Part shown: positions 11,931-25,531 of the stretch, piece after piece
Layout: every line of letters begins with the position of its first letter
Position numbering within the stretch: position 1 is the first letter of the stretch
NCBI RefSeq assembly: GCF_001194135.2
Contig: NC_068988.1
Span: 69,560,590-69,624,589, forward strand
Direction: 5' to 3'
DNA: 64,000 nt
Source: Octopus bimaculoides
Lineage: Eukaryota
Program-made: the position numbers and the translations under genes
Notes under the pieces: generated by a model
Told to the model about the DNA's origin: nothing
Databases searched by the model: none
What the model saw: the letters and a program-made list of their open reading frames with translations, nothing else

Positions 11931-13931
11931 GTGTATATATTTGTATATACATGTACACACATACATCCTGTTTTATATATACATATATATGTATATAATG
12001 TATATGCCTTATTGCACAACTTGTTACATGTACATGTGTGCATGCATGCATGTGTGTGTGTGTGTAACATGCTGTATGACAAGGCAGCAGTGCATGTTTA
12101 ACTCGCTTTAAGTCACTCAGTTTATTTAACCTCAAATTATTCTGGCAGATTCAAGCATGAACCTCTGATTACTGTTGTTTGTCATCATCAAAGAACATCA
12201 CATCCCAGTTGATGGTGTGTGTTTATAATACACATGATTCATTGATGCAAGGGGGCTTTGAGACACCACAATGTTTTGACCCTACTGTGTGTCTCCTCAG
12301 TCAAAGCTACCTTACTGAACTAATGAACCTAACAATAGTACTGGTGCTTGTTTATAAGTATCAGCAAACAAACTATTTTCTGATGGTGGCTGATGTCTAT
12401 CAAACAGATAATATTATATGAGGTGTATGCAGAAGAATGGGAATCCTCACAACAACACATCCATTCATCCTCAATACATTCTGTGAGATATCAAGAATGA
12501 ATATTTGATCATTTTTGTCTTTTGTCATCAGAGAATATCTCCTCCCTTCCGAAGTTTTGTAAGATTTTCTATGAAAATCTACAGTTCACAAAGTTTAGTG
12601 AATTTGGACAACTCAGCAACTTTTATTCAGTATAGATTGATTTCAAGGATCAATACTCTTATCCTCATAACTCATCTTTCCACTCAACTTATTTATATTG
12701 TTTCCATGTAATCGTTTTAACATCTTTGTATTTTCTGTTATTCAGTCACAACATAAGAGATAATCAGGCTTTATATAAGAAACATTACTATGTTGTTAGC
12801 AAGAGAGCTCAGAAAACTTCAGACATTGATACATATATATAAATATATCTTATACATTATGTGTGTGCATGTATGTATGTATGTATGTAAGTCATGTGTC
12901 TGTGAACATATGTGATTATGTATTGGTATTAAGTCATTCACAGTAGCAGTTAATTTTAGTGCTGTTTACTGATGGAAACTGTGAAGGTATTGACTGGAAA
13001 TTGAATACATACAACAATGATGAGGATCTTAATCACAATCACTACAAAGCAGAAGGGTGAGGCAAGGAATAGTATATGAATACTTGAGACTGTGGTGGAA
13101 AGACTTCAAACTAACAGTGCATGCCAAGAAATCTAAGTACAAAGATTAAAGCTAATAAGATAAGAAATAAATAGACAGATAAAGAGTAAAATAAAATGAG
13201 AAAATACAAATATAAAATAGAAATAATATAAATACTGATTATAAAAAGATCAAATAACAAAAGAAAGAAAAATGATATAGAAGTAAATAAATATATTATA
13301 AAATAAAAAGACATTACATAAATCAATGAATAATAAAACCTGTTATATTTTGAAAAAAGAAATGTTAAGTGAATTAGAAGAAATGTGTTTGTTTGTTTTG
13401 AAAGAGTTAATGAAGTGTGTATAAGTTATAAAGCTATTGATGTATATCACCTAAAGTCAGCATAGCCTTCACTGTAATAACTAAAACAAATTAGAGAACA
13501 CTCCAGAGATTAGTACTCAGAATGATGTTATTTAGTAAAATAATTAAATTTGAATTTTCCATTCAAATATCATAGTTTAATACTGCCTTCAGGTCCCCAT
13601 TGGTTGACTTTATTATAAGTAAATTATACCTACATATATACATATTTCTCTCTATATGTCTGTGTAGATGACTATATATGTATATGTATATATATATTAT
13701 TTTGTTTAAAAGAGTTCCAACACTGTCTGTTTTTTATGTTTTATTTATATTCCTGCAGAACCAATGTGGGGTATAGAATATGGAATATACAATATATAAT
13801 ATAATATACAATATATAATATAAAATAAAATAAAATAAAAATGGATGGCACCATGAAAGAAAGTATTGAATGTAGATGAAATATTGAGTGTTCAATATAA
13901 AGGATCAAATATATAAATATAAATATATAAA

Positions 13932-13971
13932 GGCGACTCGAGTTTCAGAGCTATTTCCCTTCGTCATGGCC
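13932..13971 (-). ncRNA. Minimal (Penelope-type) hammerhead motif with one core lesion
   Basis: Minus strand: GGC-C(A)TGACGA-AGGG-aaatag-CTCT-GAA-ACTCGAGT-C-GCC. Helix III is the palindrome ACTCGAGT, the triplet is GTC and stem I is 3 bp. There is an extra A in the CTGACGA core. Confidence 0.55.
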
Positions 13972-13995
13972 GGTATGACAGACTTTAACAGACTG

Positions 13996-14035
<40 letters not shown>

Positions 14036-14744
14036 CTTATATATATGTATGTATGTATATATATGTATATACATATGTAGATAAAAAACAAAGAACAAAC
14101 ACAACAGGAAAAAGACAACATGAGGATGAGGTACATGTAAAGTATTAGTAGATGCTCAAGGAAGGAAAGAAAGGTAATTATTACATTTACAGCAAAGCTC
14201 TTTGTCAGAAACAGGAGACAGAGGAAAAGTTCAAGAGAAAAGAAAGACAGAGGAAAAAAAATTGCCAATGATCCACATGTGGTTACATATATATAGTTGA
14301 AATTTATAGAAAAACAAAAGACAAAGACAGGTGTATGAACAACAAGCAAGTGTTATAGTTTGACGTTCAGGAAAAATGAAAATGTATTTTATGTTTTGAG
14401 CCTACGCTCTTCAACAGAAAGGAATAAGAGAAGATAAACAGAGAGAGAATGAAAAAACATAAACTTGTAGATTTCAGCGGCCCAGCATGATAAATGTATA
14501 TATATATATATNNNNNNNNNNNNNNNNNNNNNNNNNNNNNNNNNNNNNNNNNNNNNNNNNNNNNNNNNNNNNNNNNNNNNNNNNNNNNNNNNNNNNNNNN
14601 NNNNNNNNNNNNNNNNNNNNNNNNNNNNNNNNNNNNNNNNNNNNNNNNNNNNNNNNNNNNNNNNNNNNNNNNNNNNNNNNNNNNNNNTATATACATATAT
14701 ATATATATATATGTATGTATACATATATATATGTATGTATGTCT

Positions 14745-15150
14745 CTTATGCTTTACTTGCTTCAGTCATTGGTTTGCAGCCCTGCTGGGGCACTGCCCCT
14801 GAAGGGTTTTGTCAAAGAAATAATCAACCCCAGTACTTATTTTTTAAGTGTGGTACTTATTCTATCAGACATTTTTCCCAAATTCCTAAGTCACAGGAAT
14901 GCAAACAAGCCAATGTCAGTTGTCAAACAGTGATGTGAAAAGAATACAAAGACACACACAAGCATATATACATATATTTCATTGGTTTCTCTCCATTTTT
15001 GTTTACCAAATCCACTCACAAGACTGTGGTCAGTCCTGACTATACTAGAAAACACTGGATCGAGGTGCACCCTGTAAGATTCAACCCAAGACTACATGGC
15101 TGCATGATTGAGAAGCTTGCTTCTCAACCACGCAACCACATCTGCACCTG
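14745..15150 (-). mobile_element. tRNA-derived SINE family B, full-length decayed copy
   Basis: Head (..GTGGTTGAGAAGCAAGCTTCTC..), body (..TTGTGAGTGGATTTGGTA..) and tail (..CATGGCTGCA..AATGACTGAAGCAAGTAAAG) are shared with copies at 31270-31675 and 56165-56500. Confidence 0.75.
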
Positions 15151-15852
15151 TATATATAACATACTTATAATAAAGTGAACCGATATATATGTTTCTCAGA
15201 ACTTTCTGGTTCAAAAATCTAAATGTTACTATCTTCCTACTGTTACCCATGAATGGTCACACATAGACTATCATTGCTCCCTAAGGCCTCTCCTACAGCA
15301 AACATTATTAGGAAATATTATACAGCTTCCTTAAATGAACAGAGCCAATAAAAGACTGCATTATTTTGACTGGAATGTCTTTGATTATGTGACTACTCCT
15401 TTGGGAATGATCTCTGACTAAACAACCACAACAACACATAAATCTACTGCTAAGTAATCTTGAACATTATTTCCTTATAATAATAAACAAAATGTTTTAC
15501 TTATTTCACTAAATCACTCCAAACTCTTCTAAAATCTCTGTTATTTTGAAACTTTATTGAATCAGAATGAAACTGATTTTTTTCAAGGAAAGCGTGGTAA
15601 GATTTAAATATTTAAATTCCAAGATTTATAGATGTATGATTTACAAGATGACAGTTTTCTACAATAACTGTTAGAGAACCAAATGTATAATGCTTAAATT
15701 ATAAGAAAACGCAATTAGAAGATTATTACTATTCTGTTCTTGTTAGGTGAAGAAATTATCAAAGTTATTGCTAATGGAGAATATTTCAGTACCATTTAGG
15801 ATATCAGAAAGCAGCAATATATTTTATGTCATTTTATTAATAAGTACTTTAA

Positions 15853-16066
15853 CCCCTTACCATTTAAACTGACAATTTCTATCTAATAGTTTTATGTTCA
15901 AAGTACCAAATCTGGCCTATTTCACAAACCTTATAATGTCATTCTGAAAATAAACAATCACATCAGGGAAATCTCAAAGGTATGTAATAATGTATGATTA
16001 ATTCAAAACAAATATGAATAAATAAGTTTTATATTTGAAAGAGTAATCTGAATGTTAAAGAGTAAA
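15853..16066. mobile_element. piggyBac-like MITE
   Basis: Starts TTAA|CCCCTT. Internal sequence is shared with 19139-19335, 39180-39330 and (reverse) 61983-62206. The right end is degraded (AAAGAGTAA). Confidence 0.6.
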
Positions 16067-16068
16067 AG

Positions 16069-16857
16069 GAATCTTTCTGAATTGACGGGTGCCACTTGTT
16101 TTCTGAACAAAACACTTTCAAACTTGGGATACTGGTAGAATGTGTCATATAAAACATCTTTTTCTCTTAGCCTTCTTAGCAAAACTTTCTATATTGCAAG
16201 TTATTTCATGTTAAAGTTGTCGTATTTCTGTAATTTCAACCAATCACTGACATCTATTCAGCTGAATAGAGTTACTGCTGTTTTTGTAAACAATAATTTT
16301 TGCCAGTGTCAAGATCGTTATTCCCTGGTAATTACATCTTTATTCCCTAGTAAGGGTTTAGGGTTTTAGGGTTAGGGTTTGGATTTTAGAGTTAAGGTTA
16401 GGGTTATGAGTTAGGTTATGGCAAAAATAATCATAACCCTAACACTAACCATAACTCTAAAACTAACCCTAACCCTAACTCTAAACTCTAAAACCCAAAC
16501 CCTAACCCTAAAACCCTAAAGCTAAAACCAGTACAAACGCACGAACGATGTTATAAATAACAGTACCGCCGATAGTTGTTGACACTAATTTTATTCAAGG
16601 GAAAAGATCCCATTACACTGCACAACGATTTGTTTACAATCCATAGCAGTAATTGTTTTCGCCTCCATAGACGTCACTGATTGGTTGAAATTACCGAAAT
16701 ACGACAATTTTTTACATGAAATAACTTTGAATACAAAAATTTTTATCTGTTCTATAAGACAAAATATACAAGTATACGAAGTTTGAAAGTGTTTCGGTAG
16801 AAAACACACTAAATAAAACATAAATAAAAAGTGGCACCCGTCAATTCAGAAAGATCT
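16069..16857. mobile_element. hAT-like non-autonomous foldback element with central telomere-like repeats
   Basis: TIR ATCTTTCTGAATTGACGGGTGCCACTT and its reverse complement at both ends; long imperfect inverted arms; 8-bp flanks AGTAAAAG/GGTAAAAG. Confidence 0.75.
16352..16530. repeat. Degenerate (TTAGGG)n followed by (CCCTAA)n
   Basis: GGGTTTAGGGTTTTAGGGTTAGGG.., then a short A-rich junction near 16421-16432, then ..CCCTAACCCTAACTCTAA.. Confidence 0.9.
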
Positions 16858-17643
16858 GGTAAAAGAATGTAAGATACCGTCCTATCTTTCTGGAATAATA
16901 GAATTATGAGATGTGCATATTAAGGTTTAGAAACAACAATCCAGCCTTAGAAACCAAGCCAAATCAGACTGGAACTTAATGCCCCTCTTCTGCTTGCCAG
17001 CTCTGGTCAAACTGTCCAGCCCATGCCAACATGGAAAACAGATGTTAAAGAAGGGGGAGGAGGAAGCAATACACCCCATGCAAAGTTAAAGGCATTCTAC
17101 CTATGACCATCCCTTCATTTTAAGGGTATTTAAAGCAAAATTATGTTATGTCATTTCTTTTCTTAAAACAATAGAGTGTGATTTAAGAAGTGAGCTTTGG
17201 CTGCTGTTTCTAGTATGTGTAACCATTAAAGCTGTCCTGTTTATTTCTTTTACTTCAGTAAGATTGTTGTTGCTTTATGGTTAACCCTTGGTCAGCCCTT
17301 ATTCAACAGTCCTACGATCACTGTTAATCCTACCATATTCATCCTATTTCTTCCTTTACACAGGGAATCCAGGATAACATTATTGAATTTCTACTTTGCA
17401 AAAGCAGTAGAGTGTCATTTGAAATAGATTTGGCTGTTATTTCTTGCAACTTCAGGCAACCATATATAACCGTGCTCATTGGTTTGTCAGTATCTTAGAC
17501 TTCGTTCCTCCTGTACCTCCTGGAGCATTGGATGACACATGATCACTACCCAGTACAATGACAAGCCCTATCATGAGTCTACTCATAGGCCAGGCCCATA
17601 TCTATCATTTGATAATTGTGTATGTGTGCTGTGTGTGTGTGTG

Positions 17644-17681
<38 letters not shown>

Positions 17682-19138
17682 NNNNNNNNNNNNNNNNNNN
17701 NNNNNNNNNNNNNNNNNNNNNNNNNNNNNNNNNNNNNNNNNNNNNNNNNNNNNNNNNNNNNNNNNNNNNNNNNNNNNNNNNNNNNNNNNNNNNNNNNNNN
17801 NNNNNNNNNNNNNNNNNNNNNNNNNNNNNNNNNNNNNNNNNNNNNNNNNNNNNNNNNNNNNNNNNNNNNNNNNNNNNNNNNNNNNNNNNNNNNGTAGCAT
17901 GAATTTAGGAAGCTTAGAAAATGAATAAGCATGAATTTAAGACAACAACTGAATTCAATTGAATTTCATGGAGAGAAACAAGAAAGCGCAAGGTATTGAG
18001 ATGTTTGAGGCCGTAAATAAATAAAAAATCTCTATCTTATCTGCATCTTGGGTATTTCGTCGTATATGACAAATTATAAATAAAAATGATTTAAATTTAA
18101 ACTAGAGGATTACTCAATATTTTTTAGTAGAGTACATGTATATTGACTTTTACAAGGTAGTAGATGACCAAGTTTTGAAATTTTGGCTTGTTTGCCTTTA
18201 AGTATGATTATCTAAAAACACTTCTTGAATATGTATGTCTTTTTTTGCTTGTATGAAACTGATGTGATATACGATGAAACAAATCCCGGGGTTCTGGTTT
18301 TTCCACAACACAGAGAAGTTAATGCTAACAAATTGTTAGATGAAAGTATATTTTGCAGGCAACTTTCTCCGCATGAGTAACATTGAAGTACATAAGAATA
18401 TTTAGTGGGGACAGGATGCAGTTAGTCCAGTTTTACCTTCCCCTCAATGCAAAACAAAGATTTTAATTCAGCAAGCCTTCTGTAAGCTTTGGTGTCCCAG
18501 CAAATATTGACAAAGAGACTCCCTGCATTATGTTGGTAAATAACAGACAAGACAATTTAGTCTTGAAAGTCACCAAAATAAATGTTCATTATTAATCTTT
18601 TAACAGACTTGTTCCTAGTTTGAAACTTTTGCATTTATTTCCCTGTTGTACATATTTGGTTTGGTATCCCAGCATTCAGTTTGTTTGAACTGCTGTAAAA
18701 GTTTATATCTCACTATTACTTGCATGAAATATTTGTCTGCATATCCTGTCTGTTTGATGATGGTTATCAATTGGCACCTGAATATTCACAGACTACTAAA
18801 GCTAGCTAGCTGCATTGCTTTGAAGTAGACTATTCTCTTCTTGAGATACCCTGACCAGTTTGTCATGCGTCACCTATTTTTAATGAAAGCAATTGAATAG
18901 AGGAGAGAGAGAGATAAAAAGAAACAAATAAACAAACAAAGATTGTATTGCAATGAAGTAAAGAGAAAGTAAAAGTATGTGTGGTGAGAGTAACTTTCAA
19001 ATCATTTCTAATAAAAGATCGTGTGCGTGTGAGTGTGTGTGTCTGTGTGCGCGTGTGTGTCTGTGTGTGTGTGTGTGTGCAGACATGTGCGTGAGTGAAG
19101 ACAGATCTTTTAACTTCCAGATGTAATCTTGCATTTAA

Positions 19139-19612
19139 CCTTTTAACATTTAATCAGTCCATATCTATCACAAATTTTTGGCCTCTTGTACCTACTCTAC
19201 AATGTTATTACAAAAATAAATACGGACTTCATTGAAGTCTCAGAGTTACAAGATAATGCATGATTAATTCAAAACAATGGAAATAAATAAGCAAGCATTT
19301 AACATATCTGACAGAATAATCTGAATACTAAATGCNNNNNNNNNNNNNNNNNNNNNNNNNNNNNNNNNNNNNNNNNNNNNNNNNNNNNNNNNNNNNNNNN
19401 NNNNNNNNNNNNNNNNNNNNNNNNNNNNNNNNNNNNNNNNNNNNNNNNNNNNNNNNNNNNNNNNNNNNNNNNNNNNNNNNNNNNNNNNNNNNNNNNNNNN
19501 NNNNNNNNNNNNNNNNNNNNNNNNNNNNNNNNNNNNNNNNNNNNNNNNNNNNNNNNNNNNNNNNNNNNNNNNCCCTAGGCGGCACACTCTAGCTATGCAT
19601 GTGGTTAAAAGG
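19139..19612. mobile_element. piggyBac-like MITE spanning an N-gap
   Basis: TTAA|CCTTTT ... AAAAGG|TTAA; same family as 15853-16066. Confidence 0.55.
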
Positions 19613-19829
19613 TTAAAGAAATTAGAGGTGATGATCAATTCCAGATCTTGTTAAACATTTTATAACTTGACAAAGTATATATGCTGTGTGTGTGTGTGTG
19701 TGTGTGTTATTGTCTTGTTTCATTTTTTTTTTACTTTTTGATGCCAAGATTGGACTTGCAGATGATTACCATAAATATTAATCTTCCTAGTCAGGAATTG
19801 CTAGTTTACACACACACACACATTTACAA

Positions 19830-19985
19830 GAGGCTTATTTCAGTTTCTGTCTACCAAATCCACTCACAAGGCTTTGGTCAGCCAGCGGCTATAGTAGAAG
19901 ACACTTGCCAAGGGTGCCACACTGTGGGACTGATCCCAGAACCATGTGGTTGTGAAGCAAGCTTCTTGTCACAATCACACCTTTG
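19830..19985 (-). mobile_element. SINE family B, 5' half
   Basis: Closely similar to 58455-58617 (TCTACCAAATCCACTCACAAGGCTTTGGT..CCCAGAACCATGTGGTTG). Confidence 0.75.
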
Positions 19986-20019
19986 ATTACTGAACAAAAT
20001 TATTGTTTCTTGTATACAG

Positions 20020-20420
20020 GCAAGCATAGCACTGTGGTTAAGAAGTTCACTATACAACCATGTCACTTTGAGTTCAATTCAATTGCATACACCTTGAATA
20101 GGTGTCTTCAATTACAGCCTTGGGTCAACCGATGCCTTGTAAGTGGAATTTAGTAAACAGAAGTCAACTAAAACTGCATGTGTTCTGTATATGTGTGTTT
20201 GAGTACATGTGTGTGCATGTGTGAGTTTGTACTTTCATTTGTTTTACCTTTAATTTTTTACTTGTTTCAATCATTAGATTGTGACCATGCTGGGGCATCA
20301 CTTCGAAGAATTTTAGTTTAACAAATTGACTCCAGTACTTATGTTTTTTAAGCCTGGTACTTATCAGACCCTTTTGCCAAATCACTGTGTTATGGGGATG
20401 TAAACACACCAACACACACA
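20020..20420. mobile_element. Two SINE family B fragments (head on +, tail on -) around a (GT)-rich stretch
   Basis: 20020-20160 has the head/body pattern; 20260-20420 matches the reverse of the tail. Confidence 0.55.
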
Positions 20421-20438
20421 CACACACACGCACACATA

Positions 20439-20493
<55 letters not shown>

Positions 20494-20497
<4 letters not shown>

Positions 20498-21322
20498 GTG
20501 GTATCAAAAAGTTCTCAGACTAATTATGTTTAATAAAAATAACTTATTTACTGAAGTTTCAATATCGTCTCCTTTGAAATAGTCACCTTGCACACCAATG
20601 CACTGGTCCCAGCATTCCTCCCACTCTTGGAATCCAGGCTAGAAATTGTTTTCCGTGAGTCAAGGATCTTCTCTGATTTGCTCTTGATCTCAACAAAGGT
20701 TTTAAAACAGTGACCGTTGAGCTGCATTTTCATCTTGGAAGAGAGATGGAAGTCTGCAGCTGCTAAGTCTGGCAAATAGGGTGGGTGCAGAAGCAATGCC
20801 ATGTTGCTTTTGGTGAGAATCTAATGAGTAAGGAAAGATCAGCGACAGGATGCCTTGTTGTCATAAAGAAGCCAATTCTTTATGAGATCCAATCACTTTT
20901 GCCAAATAATCTCCCTCAAATGATTCAAATGTTATAGCAGAACTCTCAATGGACAGTCTGGCCCTGGGGGTCAAATTCTTGATGCATAATACTGTGGATG
21001 TTGAAAAAACAATGAGCATACTCTTGATTGAGCTGTGGCTGTCATGCCTTCTTCTTCAGTCTTCCATTGTGACAACTACGACTTTATCTTTGAAGCATGC
21101 TCAATGTCTCTATAGCAGACTTCCTGAGTTTAAAGCAAAATTTCACATTGGCTCTTTGTTCCTATCCATAGCAAAAATCGCAGACTACAGCATACATGTG
21201 TTCACAGAAACACAAATTTCACATGTGAAGTAAACACAGTGATGCTGCTGGCTCTCACTGCACACACAACTGTGTGCTGCCATCTGTTGGCACACTACAG
21301 AACTAGCTTTTGATGCCACGCA
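20494..21322 (-). mobile_element. Internally deleted mariner transposon
   Basis: Minus ORF LHPPYLPDLAAADFHL is the mariner YSPDLAPxD motif. Imperfect TIRs TGAGGTGGTATCAAAA / TTTTGATGCCACGCA; inserted in (TA)n. Confidence 0.8.
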
Positions 21323-22805
21323 GCATGGCTAATCCAGAGACAATGTGGTTGAGAAATAAACTTCTTATCACATTATATTTCATAACCTTGTCATTTGACA
21401 AGTAGATACAGATAAAATAAGTAATAGATTTTAAAATAAGTGTTAGGTTCAATATAATTGACTAATCCCTTGAAGGTAGTACAACAACATGGTTACAGTC
21501 CAATGACTGAGGTTAATAAAAGAATAAAAGAAAATATATTAAATGACAGAAATAAATACAATAGAACTGAAAATGTGAAAGAAGTCAATTTTTTAACAAT
21601 ACTTTAAGAACAACAAAACTTTCGAGATTTATGGAACAATGAAGTTCAAAATAACTTGAGAGAATGTTTGTAAAAGGAGGAACTAGAAAATACAATGTGA
21701 TTTCAAAACAGAAATCACTAAATATCAGAGCCTAAACTTAGCTTGATATCTTTTTAGTAATGGCATTTTACCAAATACTCTTCTTCCAACTTGATTACCA
21801 TTTTCTCCAGAGAATACAAGGAAAACAACATGGTATTGCCCATGGAAAACATTTAACTTATAGATTATTCCGATATTTTATTTCTCACTATATTTATTCC
21901 TTCTTTAATTATTTAGCTCTTAGCTTGATGTGAGAATTTTTAGAATTTCCAAGAAACAGTCTCTAAGGAGTTTTGTTTTGTGTAAACTAAAGAGAATTTA
22001 TATCTTATTTTTAGAAAAATGTAAATACTACCAAATATTTAAGACCATTTTGTTATATGACTTGTTCAGTTTTACTATTGTAGCTCATATTACAGATTTG
22101 AAATTTAATTAATATTTCATTAATGTTCAACACTGAGATCCTCTTTACAACATGAATATGAACAGAAGACATTGTGCTTATATAGTCAAGTGTAATAGGG
22201 CAGGACCTATAATTTTTAACTTTCAATTATAAAGATCGAGCGCTTTTTTGCTTTTGTTTTGTCACTAAATAATAGACTCCACAGATAATTCTGCATACTT
22301 TTCTGTTCATCATGCTTAACTAATTCTTAGAAGCTGAGAAATACTTTCAGGACATAAGTATATGTACACAGACCTTATATATTCTGCATCTTATAAACAT
22401 ACATCATCTAAAGCCAGGAGATGTTCTATAATGATAAACAATAGCAGTCAATATATTCACATTTGAATCTGCCAAGATGCTTTCAGAATAAACAGAAATG
22501 TTATTGTTCAGATCCTAACTGTCCTATGTGCAACTCAAGAATTATCAATGGAAAATAATTTTCACCTTTCACTAAAATAATTATTCTTATTCTAGAAATT
22601 ATTTCACATTGATAGCAAAATTTAACCCTTACAAACTAAATTCAACCAAAAACTTGGTATTTAACAATCCCCATTTTTTTGTCTCTTCTATTAAAGGTCA
22701 ATCACTGGTTTTCTAACAGCTTTACTTCAAAAGCCATTTGGAAGGAGAAGTATCAATGATTTTATCAACCCTGTTAGAGACAAATATCGGGTCTATTCCC
22801 CATCA

Positions 22806-22806
<1 letters not shown>

Positions 22807-22836
<30 letters not shown>

Positions 22837-22947
22837 ATCTATCTATCTATCTGTCTATCTGTTTGTCTGTATGTCTGTCTGCCTGTCCGTCCATCTGTCT
22901 GTCTGTCTGTCTGTATGTCTGTCTGTCTGTCTGTCTCTGTCTGTCTC

Positions 22948-23020
<73 letters not shown>

Positions 23021-23030
23021 GTCTATCTCT
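22807..23030. repeat. Compound (CT)n/(CTAT)n/(CTGT)n microsatellite
   Basis: Directly visible. Confidence 0.95.
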
Positions 23031-23275
23031 TTGTTCCTTAGAAAAGATTATGTAATACCTTTGATATTATCAGAATTCTTAATGTACCAGTCTAAGCTGG
23101 TGGGTGCAGGCACATGGAAGTATGTTTATGGATATATATGCAGGTGTATATGTGTATGATCTATGTTGCAAGCCACAGTTTTGCACAAAGGTAACTAAAA
23201 TTCTGCATAGATGCAAAATCTATGTGCTTCTCCTTCGCATGAAGTTTATAGATTATATGACTTGTTTATAGATTA

Positions 23276-25531
23276 CGCTGGTCACCAAAATTAAATGTAT
23301 TATACTCATTATGAATGCAAACCAACATTTTAAGACTAATTATTCATGCTGATTTCAAAATTTCATTCTGAATGTATGCAGTACGTATCAGTTTTCAGTA
23401 GATACATATTTGTATATATGAAATCCTTAAGGTTGCAAATAAGGATATATTATTTTTAGAAAGTAAATGAGTTTATTGAGTTAAAAATCATCATTATCAT
23501 TGATTTGGATTTCATGCAGTGTTCCTGATCTGGTTGATTATAGTAAAGTGTCCAGCAATAGTCAGCCTGCATAATGTCATTCCAGAAGCCTTGGTACCGT
23601 TTCTCCATAGCATTAATGTCCTGGTGAAATCTTTCACCATGTTCATCGATGGGAGTCCAAGAAGTGAACTTTCAGTGACATGCAACAACCCATTGCTGAG
23701 TAACATTTCAGAAGATACTTGATGCCATCTTTGTAGTTCATTGCCTTCTAGTTGCCCAAGAAATTCTCACAGATCCAATTGAAAGCGTTCAAGCAATCAG
23801 CTCCAGTTCATCCAGTGTTGTCTTGAAGTCAACATCTTCAAGTACTTCTCTAATTTGGAGTTCGACAAAGATACCCTCTTTCAACTTTGCCTGTGTGATT
23901 TTGGAAACTTTTCTACAGTATACTCAAACCCTCTGGCATTTCTCTTCCCTAATGTCTTTACAAGTTGTTTCATCAGTCCAAGTTTTATGCGCAAGGGAGG
24001 CAACAGGACATTACATGGATCTACAAGAAGTGTATTCTTAATGCTTGACAGTCCTGGCTGGTATGATATTCTTGCCGGCCAATTTGTCTAATGATAATGT
24101 CTGTCAGCTGCTCGACAATCCCACAGACACAAGAAACAACAGTATTTTGTGAAATCTGACTGCATTTCCATTAAAATTCCAATGACTTTTAAATCTTCAC
24201 ATATTTTCCATGAGTATCTTTCATAGGCAATGGTATGAAATAAAGTTCCATATTCTCATATGATTCATGAAGATGAACAGAATGTATAATAGGTATGGAG
24301 GACTTCAAATTACCATTATGGAGAAATACAGCTTTTAAACTTCATTTTGAAAAGTCAATAAACAAACGCCACTCTGCAGGATCATGATTTTGTGATAAAC
24401 ATTCAAAAGGTCCATCAATGTTACTGTAAAAGCAAAATGGGCCTTCAGCAATAAAATGTGTTTGTAAAACCACATTTCTCTGTCGAAAACAAATTATACA
24501 AGCACTGTGCTCTAGCAGATATTTCTCCTTAAGTCTTGATGTCAACAGTTCTGCTTTATCTTTTGAGAGGGATAGGTCTCTGACAAGGTCATTCAGTTCA
24601 GCTTGGGAAAATTTCTGAGGTTCAAAGCTATCGTCATCAGCCATGTAATCTTCCTCAGTAGCACTATCCTATCGTGACAGTCAGCATCATCATCTGACGT
24701 TTCAGTACCATCATCTGGTAGAACTGGAATTGGCAGGCTTCCATTGTGAGGCACAGATCTCATTGTAGATTCCAAATTGGGATACACAATTTTGTATGTA
24801 TTCTTCATAAAAAATCTTGTGACATCTACTTTGCAAAAATAACAGTCATTAAAATGGTCTTTCAGCTCCCTCCATATCACTGGAATGGCAAAAGGCATGG
24901 ACTTCTTATAACTGAACCAGTTATGTAAGCCATTTGAGCAAGCTGAGCAGATTAAATGTGGTGCCTATAATTTGTCCTGATCTACAAGAAGACAATCAAA
25001 GTATAGCTTATAAATCTTTTTGATCTCTGGTGTTATTGTACATTTTTGAGCTTTCACAACAAATTGTCCACAGACATAATGAAACACATCAAGATGATTA
25101 CTACATTGTCCTGACATTGTTAATACTGTAAAACAAGTAATGAAATAGATACAAATGGTTATACTCATATTGAATTTGAGATGATGAAATATTTCATCAG
25201 ACCATTTATGACTGGACAATTTGAGATGTTGAAATACCTACTTCCTCAGACAAAACTTGATTGGTTAATGATGAAATATTACATCTGAACTATGCAGCAA
25301 TGAATAATGTAGTTTATTTTAAAGGTATGTTTTCATGATGCAAATGAAATACATGCTTACACTTCATTACTTGGAATTTCTGTATAATGCATGAGCTAAA
25401 ACCAAAAAACTTTCTCATCTTGAAAACTGTACATGATGTCAAAAAACTAACTGTATATTTGAAATCAGCATTAAAAACTACACTATGTACACATTGACAT
25501 ATGCTTGATAAAAAATATTTGTTGACAAGTG
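23276..25531 (-). mobile_element. Chapaev3 (CMC superfamily) DNA transposon, full span, decayed transposase
   Basis: Termini CGCTGGTCACCAAAA / TATTTGTTGACAAGTG with a TTA duplication on both sides. Transposase motifs: CSNHLDVFHYVCGQ, WRELKDHFNDCYFC, FSQAELNDLVRDLSLSKDKAELL, EWRLFID, LLPPLRIKLGLMKQLVK. Confidence 0.85.

Noticed and set aside
16352-16530. Ancient telomere-telomere chromosome fusion site
   Set aside because: The arrays lie inside a TIR/TSD-bounded element that has a relative at 54325-54759, so transposon origin explains them.
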